From Raillietiella orientalis (Eukaryota): 64,000 nt of DNA. The DNA lies in contig JAYWIR010000008.1 in the NCBI GenBank assembly GCA_036172245.1, positions 1,426,001-1,490,000 of the forward strand, read 5' to 3'. Within the stretch, counting starts at the first letter, position 1. Each line of letters opens with the position of its first letter. The notes under the pieces are model-generated. The model ran no database searches. It had not been told where the DNA came from and was given only the letters and a program-made list of their open reading frames with translations. A program made the position numbers and the translations under genes. This document shows positions 44,701 through 56,652 of the stretch, one piece after another.

Positions 44701-46400
44701 TAAATAGCTTTGAAGACTTAAACCTACTGGAAATCCATTCTCTCAAAGCAGTAACGGTGGATGTCAACGATTGCTCATTTCGCTTCTCAAATTTTCGAAT
44801 TGAAAGATTCCCTGTGGGCGTCTGATGTGTTGAGTATCTCGAATTTCTCCCCAGTTCTTCTCGTACTTGTGATCTCAGGAAACGAGCTCACTCAAGTGTG
44901 CTTGACTTTCAGACTTATTCTCTACGGGTAGCGTGTAGATGAAAAAAACATGTAGACGTGTTGAATTGAATCCGACATTGCAACGCTCGGGACGCAAAAA
45001 GAACAGAATCCTGGATCTGTGCATGGAATAGTTCTCCGTTAACCTGAACAGGCAGCTTTGTAATTGGACTCTGAATTGCATCCATCATAACTGGATACGA
45101 TTCGGAGTGGGTTCGGGACACACTTTTGGGTTTCCCTGCATCTGCGGTAGGGCCTGAAGGATCTTTGCTCCACGGAGAGCACGTTTAGGAAAAATTCTCT
45201 TCCGATGATGCCATCATCACAGCATGCTGGTGCTCACACAGAAATGCAGTTGCTGTTCGATTCGTTCTTGGAGAGCCCCACTTGTTGCGTTGGAATCGCT
45301 GAAGGGTTGGCTCGGCGTTGCTGTATGGATCATTCAGTGGCATCGGACTCACTTCGGTTGGATGAAGCTGCATCCCAGTAGTACATGAGGCAACCTCGTC
45401 TCGTGCTAAGTGCGTGCTCAGCACTTATCCCCTTGTGTTCCGCTGTTCCAAGTTTCGTTGGTCATCGCGGTTATAAATATCGGGATTGTGACACTCCTGG
45501 TGGCAGGTTCACCTACCCAGAAATACCCATCCAAGAATACAGGACATCTTCTGGATCCACTGACGATGCCGAAGCATCCGTCCCATTTCTCTGCATGCCT
45601 CCTTGCATCTCGAGGAAGAGAGCCGCCGTCACCTGTTCTCGCCTAGTCTTAGAGATAGACCTGGTGCGAGGAAAACTCCCCTAAGACAATCGCCCTTTGC
45701 TACCTTCTGTTAACCCACTCGATTTCCCTGGATTCCAGGAGCGTCATCGAGTACGGCCGCATTCGGCTTCCCAGCAGGACTGTGGTGGAATAGAATCTGT
45801 CTCCCGAGCAGATGAACTCTTCTTGTTCCTTCTGCAATTACCTTGGAAAGAAGGATAGCTTCTCTCTTGCCCTCTTGTCACGCTCCTGCACCCCGTAGCT
45901 CCGATAGCAAGTCCACTTCGCCATAGCGATCGCCTTTCTTGCTGCGAGGATAAGACCCTTGCTTGGAATTCTGCGCGAGGGTGCAGGTAGACTGCGCTTC
46001 CTGCTGCAAACCTCGCTGGTTCCTCATTGGGTCTAAGAGGAATGCAAGAGCATCTCTCCACAGAACCAGGGGGGAGCAGTCTCTACATTCCTCAAGGAGT
46101 CGAAAGAGCCTCTCCGGCCGGATCCCCCTTTCTCCTCGCAGCTCTCTCTTGCTGGATGGATTTTCTGCAAGCCGAAGATTGGATTGGAAAAAACGGTGGC
46201 TTCACGACCCGGCATCGAGCTCACAGACGTGTTCCATGAGGCTTCGTGTTCGGAGAAGACTGTCAGTTCCTAAGTAAGACATATTCTCTCGTGGTTGAAA
46301 CTCTTCGGGACTTGTCCTCCTGAGTACATCTGATGGATAGGTCTTTGAATCGTAAATGTTGCCTGATGCCTGCATTTCACGAAATAGGATCTTGCTATTC
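41750..46400 (-). mobile_element. Highly decayed Ty3/Gypsy element pieces (gag-, protease- and RT-connection-like)
   Basis: Minus-strand peptides in gag-PR-RT order: PEEFQPRENMSYL and LRPNEEPARFAA (gag-like, ~46300-46000); PITKLPVQVNGELFHAQIQDS (retropepsin-like V.VNG....AL.DS, ~45060-45000); FSRGDAFPSRHHVGAVHEMPTPAVSSLRILL (like ISxxGIxPDPxKVxAIxEMPxPxxVSELRSFL, ~42150-42060). Interrupted by AT-rich DNA. Confidence 0.35.
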
Positions 46401-48376
46401 TTGCTTTTCAACGACACAGCCACAGCAGCCTTGCTCGTCCTCTATCTTCTCGTGAAAACTTTGCACATTAATTTGATTAGATGTTTGGTTAAAATACTGC
46501 AATGCGCTGAAAGACTGATGCCTCGTGCCGCAATATTAGAAAGGGGATGCATGAACTACAGAAATACTCATTTGTTTTTTTCCTACTAATCCTAAAGTTT
46601 TTGAAATTCTTCCAAGTCATAATTTTTTTGATTATTTGCCACAGGTTCCATTTCAAGGCTACAGTGATTTTTCAACTCTGAGGAAGGCTCAAGATTCAAG
46701 CGGGTAGTTATCACGAAACTGGTGGCATTCGTTGTAATAGTAAAACGCGAGTAGCAAAGAAAATATTAAATCGCAAAAATGTGGAGATCGTTGGCAGTTT
46801 TCACGACTGATGCTCTCGCGAAGAAGAGACTAAGCGCAGTGATGCAGTCAGTGATGTAGTCCCTAAACAACGAGTGTTTTGGAAAGGGTATGTGTTCAGA
46901 ACAAACATATGTGATAGAAATCAGGTGCATTCCCCATTGTACCAGATACCGCATCGGAGATTCTTCTGTGAGTTGGTGGCCATTGCTCACTCTTGCGTGT
47001 GTCACGAAGTGACATTGGAGTGAGAATTACAGTACTCTGTGATTCTTCCCGTCATTAATTAGTGACATCAGAATTAGTGATATCGCTTCCGCGAGGATCT
47101 TTTTTTTTTGTGTGTGTCTCATCTTTTTATATTTTTGAAGACACCAAAGCTAGCAAATTCAAGTTTCCAGTCATTTCAACTTTTCAAAAATCTCAAGTCT
47201 TTGGTGATGGCCTTTTTGTCTTGTACGTTGGGAGTTCACACTGATGTGCAGGCCACTTCCGTCAGTGGTTGAATGTTCATTTGCCTGGTAACAAAGTCTG
47301 CGGACAATGCCAGCCTGTGTTCGGGAAAAACATCCTTCCGTTCATCTTTTTCATCTTCCGGAAAAAGCATCCACGTGTTTATTTTCTCACAAGCTGCGAG
47401 CGATTCTTAGACCAGGGCGCGTCTACGCTTAAGGCAGTAAGAATTGATCTCCGAGCTGCGTATGGCACGGATCTTCCGAATTTGTGTATTGTGTGTGAGT
47501 TTGTGTGTGTTTTTTGCTTTCTTCTATCGAAAACTCGCTTTTGAAAGCAGTTTTGACAACTACGAACAGATTTAAAAGAAGACAATGAACCTAAGATTAG
47601 CTGCATATAATACAACAGTTTCTTTGCATCTCAGTCAATTGAATATGAATCATATAATGTCAAATTATTGTCACTAAGAGCAGTTTTGTTTTTTGTTTTT
47701 TTTTTAAGAAAGAAAGTTTGCTTCAAGTATGATTGCTTGAATACTTGAATCAAGCTTTCTTTCTTTCTGTCTTCCGAATCCATTACTGCTTTAATGGATT
47801 TCGGGCGTTTTGTCATTTGTGCTAAGATTCTAAAGATACCTTCTTTTCTGCTTACCCTTTTTTAGAAGTGACCAACTATTCGTTATTTAGAAATCTTCAA
47901 AATTTTTCCGTTTTTTTTTTCCTTCCCCCCTTCCAATTTGCAATTTGAACTGCGCATTAGCAGACGGTATTTAAACCGATATGTAGTTGTTATGTAATTC
48001 CAATTGTGTAGAATTTTGCCAGAATAAGGATATCAAGTAGAATTTCCCATCAAAACTAGTAGAATCTCTATTTTCCCGTTCGGGTTGTGACCTGACTACC
48101 GCCGGCTTAGTTGTCTCCGTGTTTGCCAAGAGGTTTCGATTCATAAGCTGGTAATGCTTTTATTATCGAAGAATTGATCAGATGGGTGTTTTAGATTAGC
48201 ATAAAATCTTTCGTGTGGTGCATCGGTTAGCGAATATGATGCAAAGGTGATGCTGTGTAAATGCTCTATTTGAAAGGTGGCATTCTCCCCAGTATCGGTC
48301 CAGAAATCCATAATAAGATGCCGATGACTGCATGAAACTGACGTTTATGTAAAGCCGGAATTGGTTGTGATCTGGA

Positions 48377-48553
48377 ATGGGTACGAAACATCGACATAAT
48401 CAATCGTCCAAAAGCTTAATTACTTCCGGTATTTCGTTGGATTTGATAAAATCGTACATACAGTCGAATAATTTAGAAAAGCTAACTAAAGAGGAATTGC
48501 GTTACTTTCTTCAAAAAAAAGGCCTACAAACGACAGGCAAAAAAAAAGTTATG
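48377..48553 (+). CDS. Exon encoding most of a SAP domain; probable 5' coding exon of VMP1
   Basis: MGTKH...NNLEKLTKEELRYFLQKKGLQTTGKKKVM then donor GTATGT (phase 0). Matches the SAP consensus L.KLTV.ELK..LK.RGL.TSG.K. In-frame TGA lies just upstream of the ATG. Confidence 0.75.
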
Positions 48554-49587
48554 GTATGTAAATGCCGAAGATCACGAATTTAGTAGCAGTATAGTGCGTT
48601 TCTGTTTCATAAGAAAAAAAAAAAAATAGAAAAAGAAAAGAAAAGAAAAAAAAAAAAAAAAACGTGGAGTTTGAAGTAGCATGTTCACAGTTGGATTTCT
48701 CAAGTGTTTGTTTATGGTTGATGTGTGTTCATCCTAAATCAGCCTCACGAGTTGATTTCATCATGCATGCATAAGGCAGATCAGTTGGGTTATATTTTGA
48801 ATGAATAATTTTGTGTTAAACTAGCATGGCACCGAATTGAGTCTGTACATTAAAATGCATTCTTTGTTTTGCAGTCTATTTTCACATAGTAACAAATTTT
48901 TTAAATGCGTTTTTTTTGTGTTGGAAATGCATGCAAAATGTTTGCCAAAATAATGTGAAGAATAAGAACATTTCAATGTTTCAAATTTATTTAAGATATT
49001 TTATTTCTGCTATCTATCAGAACATATTTTCGTTTTGTGGTGAGTTATTATTTGGATATTATGTTATAGCAATACTGCTTACACCATTATTCTGTAGAAA
49101 ATGATATGCTTTTAAATTCTTCCCTGATTTTTATTTATTTTGTGTAGAAGCTGTTGTTCACTGATTAACTTTTAAGCATATATATTCCTGTTTGTTATGC
49201 TTCGTACGTAAGCTTAACATTAACTTTTTTCTCTTGTTTTATGATTCCTGCAAGGAAAATTTGTTTCCCTGTCTATTTGTAAAGTCTGCCTGCTAAATTT
49301 ATTTTCAAATACTTCAGACCTGAGGATTTATGATCAAAGAGTAGTATTTTCATGTTCCATAATATTTGTGTCAAAGTTTAAGATTGGGTTAAGGTTTTTC
49401 AAGTTGTTTGTTAGTTTTGAAGTTTATTTGAGAATCACAATACTTACAAAAAAGTTCAGAATGTGTCTTATGTTTGTTATATTTGTTAATATAGAGATAT
49501 TGAATGATAATTTTAGATAATATTGTTGTATAATATTGTGTATGCATTTTAATTGTGTACCTTTTTTTGTTTTTTTTTGGTATTTAG

Positions 49588-51146
49588 ATAAGAAGATTGT
49601 TACACTCTGAGTTCATGAACGAAGAAAAAAGCACTGTGATGGCGATAATCAGCAAAAAAAAAAATCTTGCAGAACAGTCCAATGGAAATCTTTTACCTCT
49701 TCCACCTCAGGACCAAAAAGCAAAAAAGCTTACAGAAAAACATGAGGAAAATTTGGTCCTTTGGAAACGCCCTATCTGTACTTTATACTACTGCTGCTGT
49801 GAATTAGGAATCTTACTTAAAAAAGGTTTTGTTAGGTGAGTCTCTGCCAGTTGATTGCCAAGCTCATTTTTTTTTGCACAGAACTTGGCAATGTCGACGT
49901 TGTATTCTACCTCTTCTTTTTCTAGTCATTGGTGTGATAGGCTTGGCCCAGCTTGAGGGCAGACATCAGAAAGTAAGAATTAATAGCTCAAAAAAAAAAA
50001 AAAATGTATATTTACGTATATTTATGACAACAGGTTCTGCTATCTCTGCAAAAAACCATTGCATTAGCTCTGTACTGGATGGGGCTAGGAATTCTGTCTT
50101 CAGTAGGGCTGGGTACAGGTTTACATACATTTATACTGTATTTGGGCCCACATATCGCCAGAGTAACAATGGCAGCATATGAGTGTGGTACTACCAGTTT
50201 TCCTGAACCACCTTACCCTGATGAGTATGAAAACTGCATTTTTGATTTAATAATCTGTTTTCAAGAATTATTTGTCCTGCTGTTTTGGGAAGTACTGTTT
50301 CCATATGGGCTGTGATGAACAAGGTGCGCTTTGAATCCTTCATGTGGGGAGCTGGAACAGCAATTGGAGAACTACCACCCTATTTCATGGCCAGAGCAGC
50401 TAGGCTTTCTGGAGGGGAGATTAAAGAGGAAAAAGAATTAGAAGTTTTGGAAGATTTGGACAAAAGCAACTCCAAGCTAACACACTTGGTAAATAGAAAA
50501 TGTAGTTTGATCATCACTGCAATTTAGTAGTCTATAATGGACCAAATGAAGTTGATGATGAAGCAGACTATTGAGAAAGTGGGATTCTTTGGAATTGTTG
50601 CTTCTGCTTCAGTAGGTCTTTGCTTTTAGAAAATTATTATGTTGCTATCTTCAGATTCCAAATCCTCTATTCGATCTGGCAGGCATCTTGTGTGGCCATT
50701 TTTTGGTTCCCTTTTGGACATTCTTTGGAGCAACACTGCTAGGGAAGGCTGTTATCAAGATGCATTTGCAGAAGATGGTTGTCATTGTGACGTTTCATAA
50801 GCGCTACTTGGAAAGTCTGCTGGGTTGGTTGGGGAAACTGCCAGTGGTGGGTGCTCGTTTGCAAACATCACTCAGGAAGATTCTGGAGAGCCAGCGTGCC
50901 AAGTTACATCAGCCACTGGGTGAACCAGTTCCTACTGTCAGTATCTAATTTTTCTTTTTTTTTTCGGTGTCTACTCATGATAATTTGTAGGCAGAAGCAA
51001 GCTGGTTAGCAAAAACATTCGAGAAACTTGTCTTAATTATGGTGATTTACTTTTTGATGTCCATTATAAACTCTCTAGCCCAAAGTTATCAGCGACGCCT
51101 TCAGGAAGATGCAAGTGGCCCAACAAAGTTGAAGAGAGTGACTTAA
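49588..51146 (+). CDS. VMP1: Vacuole membrane protein 1 (DedA/VTT-domain ER scramblase), multi-exon
   Basis: Exons 49588-49835, 49882-49972, 50034-50224, 50266-50488, 50531-50611, 50655-50936, 50991-51146. Hallmark motifs [113 protein letters not shown]. Internal ATGs at 49615 and 49639. Confidence 0.96.
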
Positions 51147-54100
51147 TTATCATATGAACAATAACAAATTATGGATTGTTCTGTCACTTTTGCAGAGGAG
51201 TTTAGTTTGCCATTCATGTTGTTTAGATGTGATGGCACCCAGCACCATTATTATGAATGCAGAATTCATTTACCATGTAAAAATTTATTGTGCTGTGTAT
51301 ACATATGTGTACATGGTCTACATGAACATTGCATTTCTAGTAAGTTTTTTGCAGTAAAGAACACAGACAAGCCAAACTTGGCAATAGAGAAAGAAATATT
51401 TATGTTGTCAGGAGGATTGAAATATAATTTTTTTTCCTCCAAACTTGTTCGAAAAGCTACGAATCCTCAGTTTTGCCTGCTGGCATCTGTGCTAGGAGGC
51501 AGACTTGCTAGCATCAGTTGTTGTTTACTTTCATTGTTTTGTTGTAGTTGAAAGGGCATATGAAACAAAGAAACCAGTTCCTTGTGAGTTCCCAGCATTA
51601 CATTCGCCTGCGTGGGTTAAGGGTGATGGATGGCTGAAGAATATTAAATGCTTTCCAACTTGGGTTGTGTTCTAGCTGTTTATGCTGCTGCTGATTATCA
51701 GTCATTGCTTGAAAGTCACTTGAGTGTGCGATTAGGAAGCAGGCAGGACGTGTCTTTTGATCGAGCTGTTGCTTCACCATTCGTTGCCTGTAGAAGCAAA
51801 GCTTTGGTCCAGTGCACGATTATTTTTACTTGGGCAAGAGCAGCGCCCTAGGTGTGTTCACTCCGAGGTGTGTTTTCGAGTGTTTGTGTGTCCATGCATC
51901 ACCGCGGTCTGCTGGGCAACTCGGTGCCCTCTGGGACGTGAGTGGCCGGACCCGTGAAACGGGATGAAAGTCGACCGTCCGAGGGTGGGAGCACGCGGGA
52001 CGCCAAGGCGCACACCGTGCACAGCGGTGCAAAGCGTGGCAGCAGACGGGCGAAGGCAATTCGCTCGCAGTTTGTATTTTCTGAAACAAAAAGGTTTGGG
52101 GGCGGTCCATTCGGGGACGATTGATGTGTCCCAAACCACGCTGGAGGAAACAGCAACGGAAAGTTCGTTGCGCGGGTGGCGTTCCTTCTGCCGAAGTGAA
52201 GTGGGCGTAATGCTGCACATTTGTTGCATCATCCTCTGTGAAGTACGTGCTGGCGCCGTTTCCAGACGGTTCTCACCGTATCTGTACGCTACGCTTTCGT
52301 CCCCCAAACCCAAAGTGCTGATTCCCCTGAATATTTGGGTAACTGGGGCAACAGCCAGGTTCCTCCGTGCGATTAGGAACGGTGCGCCGTAGCTGCGAGA
52401 ACCAACTTGGGAGATGAGAGCATCTAGAAGATCCTAGAATTGCCTTCCAAATCGGACTTGCTTCTCCCCCCAAACCCCAGATTTATTATTATTATCATTG
52501 TAAGGTCCGTTCATGTTGGAAATGCAATTGTTCACCGGGTGGAACACTGTTATGCGTTTGTCTTCAATCACACGGAACGCTTAATTTTGCACAAAAGGCT
52601 TTAATGGAAAAGGATTTGCGCGAGGCAGACCTTGTTGAAAGAGAGTACTTTCTTTGTGTTCCTCACGAATCGCTTGCATCTCAGAGCCGCTCAAAAGGCC
52701 GTTTCGAACGAATGAGCTCATTCCACGGCATGAGCTCCGAAAAGCGTCCACTTACCAAACGACCTGCTTAAATTACCAAGCGTTGGAATGAATTGGGGGC
52801 AAAACGAAGTACTCCCCCTCCCCCCAAAGGATTCTTTTTGCTCCTTCTACCTATTGTGTCGGCGCATGAACTCCAGTTACGAACAATTGTTCCTTTTTCG
52901 TGAAGATTCCTCCCGTGCGCAAATCCAGGATTTTCAAGGGAGCGCTGTTGGAATCTACCTCTTTACTACCGGTGACTCTCTTTTTGAAAAAGGCAACGAG
53001 AGCAAAAAAAGAAAAAAGCTGGACGTGGAAATTTTTAGGTATGTCAGGAAAGCACGCAGGTACCGCCATTTTCCCAGCGATTATCGAGGACCTAAAGCAC
53101 TAGTTGTGCTCATTAGGAAGCAGCTGGCAATACTGCAGTTAAACTTCAGTCAAGTTATACTTCAGTTAGTGATTCAGACAGTTAATAGTAAAGCTATGTT
53201 TACTATTTCAAAAGCCAGAAACAGTCTTGTTCGTTGAAAGCTTCATAAATCTGTTTTAACATACTGCATTTGCCATGCCACTCATCCACCGTTACTGAAG
53301 CAGCGCTGCAGTCAATATGATTTACGAGTTGTTCCTTCCGTGGTCGTATTTTCGCTTATGCGAGCAGCTTGCTGGCGTAAACATCATCCCGTTGATAAAA
53401 TCCGTGTATAGAAAGTGGGAATGAGAGGGCCGAGAGGAAGAGTGGATGTCGTCGTGTCTTTTCAGGAATCTTAGGATGATTCGCATTTCCAGGAGTCCAA
53501 GAACTGCTGTCTTCCGGGGCACTCCAAGGAACCGCGGACGGAAATCCCGGATCCATCCCAAGAAGGGTGGATTTGCGAGCTTGTCCCCCTTTAAGCCGTG
53601 TGTGCGCGCGCCCCAAGCGGGAAGTGCATCCCACGCCCTGTGGAAATCCCCCAGTCCTTTCTTCCGAGCGGTTTTGCCACGGGGCGGTCACTCCGGTCCG
53701 ATTTATTTATTTATTTTTTTCATGGCTGGACATGCCGTCGTTGCCTAAGAAGCTCCTGTCGATTGTTTGTCTTTGGCCCGATCCAGCGCGATGGACAGCT
53801 CCAGCGCCTCGGAGGAATGACGTTTCGTATTCCGTGTTGCTCTTTCTTCGTGTCTGAGCTTGCCTTGTCGTTATTTTCCTCTTGGGCATTTTTCGTTCAA
53901 TCACTCTGCTGCCGTGACCCCTCTGCGGCTTCCACGCAAGTCATGCCGGCTTTACGCCGTGCACGTGAGATACCCGAGGATGCAAACCCATTCGGAGAGG
54001 TGACAAGTCTTCTCCCGTCTTGTTGTGACCGGTAGTGGCCAGGCGTTTCTGTTGGGTGGACCTAACGCACGCTCGAGAGTGTGCACAAGTCGGAAAGATG

Positions 54101-56631
54101 TGCCGGCCGCGGGTGCAGGGTCCCGACGCCCGAAATGACGGGGGTCGCGAAACTGCGGACTTCCTGACCCGCGTGTGCGTGCGCGCGTACGTGTGTGGGG
54201 TGGGGGTGCTCCAGTCAACACGCGCGCGTCTCCGAACTCCCCTTTTTAGGAAGTGAGCGCTGGCAAGGCGTCCCGTGACGCTCATGCTTCATCCCTCGGC
54301 ATTCCTCACGACGAACAGCTTCCGGGCCGGTGGAGACCAGCTCTTCCGAAACCTCCCCTCCGCGCGCATGAGCGTGAAAGGCTCTCTCTCCACAGTGCAC
54401 GCGGAAGGGAGCAGCTGAACATCAGCCGAGACGGTGCCTCTCCCCCCCCCCGTCCCCTCCCTTCCTCCTTTCCGAATAGGCGTGGCCTTCGTCGTGATTT
54501 CGGGACGTCTCCCCTGGCCGCCGCGCTGCCGTTGCGCTCGCGCCGCTACTGCGGAACGCAGAGCCACTCGCTCCCTGATGATACCATCATCGATCCAGGA
54601 GCTTTCACCCCCCCCCCTCTCTCCCCCATCCCCATTCTGCTTTGGCAACTAAGGAACTCTCGCGGGTTGCGAGGCCTCCTAAAGATGATGGCAGTTGACG
54701 GTGCTGCCGCGGATGCCCTTGCTCGCTCGCGGGACGAGGCGTCTTCCGTCGATTCCTGTGGCGGGATCCAGGGAGCAGGGAGATACATGGGAAAGCCGCC
54801 CCTCATTCTCCATCTTCAGGAGCCAAAGTTACTCAGGGGGAGCCGGAAACATCCACGGAGATGAGGGGAGGAGTCGAGGAAGAAGCCTGGGATGAGCGGT
54901 CGGGGGATCTTCGTTTGTTCCGCGCGGCCACCGCGAGTGCTGTACGCAGACGCAGTGTGCGTGCTCTCCGAGCGCGGCGCTGGGGAGCCTTCGAAGCTCC
55001 CTCGCGGAACGGGAAGAAGGAAGAGGAGGAGAAGAAAGCAGCAAAGGGTGTGGCTTCCTACGAATCCTCCCCCCCCCCTCCCTACCCGCTGGGAAGCAGG
55101 GAAGACCTGCCGCATCCTCCCCTCATCCCCTCGCGAGGCTGAGGACCCGTTGGATTTCGGAGGGGGAGGATTGCGGAGAGGCCGGCGTCCGGACTCTTTC
55201 TCTGTGGTGGTGGGCGTCCGCTCTGGGGAGAGGGACTTCTGCTTGGCTGGTAGCCGCCCTTCCGCAGGGAAGGGAATGGGGCGAACACTCTCAAGGCCTT
55301 CTGTTTCCCCTCGGGCGGTCGCGTGCGCCGTTTTCCTCTTTCGATGCCTCTGTCGCTTTCCGGTGGTTCCGTCGTGGCGCAGACTGGGCAGCCCGAGACA
55401 TTCAACGTCTTTGCCCTCTTCCCCTCGATCCCCCCCCTTCCACCACCACGTCCGAGAGACGCATGCAACGACCCCTGCAGGGCTGCCGCCTGACCTCCCT
55501 AAGGTCGGAGTGGGGGAGGGGGCGAGGGAAAGCTGACCACCGTGACCGGAGGCCCCGCCGCCGCGATGTGCGCGAGCGGACGGGGAGCAGCGCCGGGAGA
55601 AGAAGGCGGCATCCTCGTTTGCCACCGAGCGTCTGCAGAGCCGGCGGTTGATCCTTTCGGAGGGGCCGGGAGAAAGGGAGGGAGGAGGAGGAAGACGGCA
55701 CCACCAGCAGCTGCTAGGCGCGCCCAAAGAGTGGAGAAGAAAAGTAGGGATTGGACGCGGGTCAGCCAACCGCCACTCCATCGGAGATCGATAGAGCTAC
55801 GAGCGACGGCCCCTCCCTGCCGATCACAATACCCCCTTCTCCTTCCTGCGCGCGCCTCAGCAGTAGGGAGTCTCCTTCGGCAGCGCGCGCGCGTGAAGAT
55901 CCACGAAATGCGCCTCTCCCCTTCCTCTGAAATCATGCACCGCCCCCCCCCCTCTCCCTTTCAGAAGCAGCCGAAAGGCCTCCCTTCCGTCCGTTCCGCT
56001 CCCCCCGCGAGCACGCCTCTGCCGAGAGAGGGCTGCTGCTCTTCGCTTCTTGCCCTCCGCGGTCTCGGTCGTCAGGAGACTGCGTTCCCTTGGAGACGCA
56101 GGTACGTCTCGGGAACGCGAGGAGGAGTAAGAAGGATCAACCTTTCGGGTTTCCCTCTTCTTCTTCAGCTCCCCTCCCCATCCGTCCTTCAACTTTCCTG
56201 TTGCGCCCAGCCTCCGAAACCTGTCGAAGTCCAACTGTTGTCGTGGAGCAGCGGTTCTTTCCCTGCTCCCTGCGCGACCCGGAGCGCTCGCTGTCCACGT
56301 GGGTTCACACGGCAGGCTGTCCGATTGGAGACTTGATTGATGCCATCTCGGGCGGTGCTCCTGGCGCGCATCCATCCGCGCCCGCCCCGGACGACCGACT
56401 CTGCCACCGCAGGGGCGATGGGGAGGTGGCGGGGGCAGCGCGGAGTCATCCTCTGCCGAAGCTCCAGTTATTTCGACGGCTCTTGCGGGCCAACTCCTTT
56501 GCTGCCCGAATGCAGACAGGCTCTCCCAACGCGGTGCGCGTCACACTATCCTCAAGCAAATGGCCGCCTCGCTGTCCATGCGCGTGCACCCTCCGACTCC
56601 AGCGCCGCCACCGGTCGCGAAGGGAAACGCA

Positions 56632-56652
56632 CGCGCGCGCGCGCGCGCGCGC
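56632..56652. repeat. (CG)n tract with Z-DNA potential
   Basis: cgcgcgcgcgcgcgcgcgcgc. Confidence 0.8.

Noticed and set aside
51850..52450. Integrase-like phrase (RYGENRL..RMMQQMCS) on the minus strand
   Set aside because: Resemblance too weak to support a feature without a profile search.
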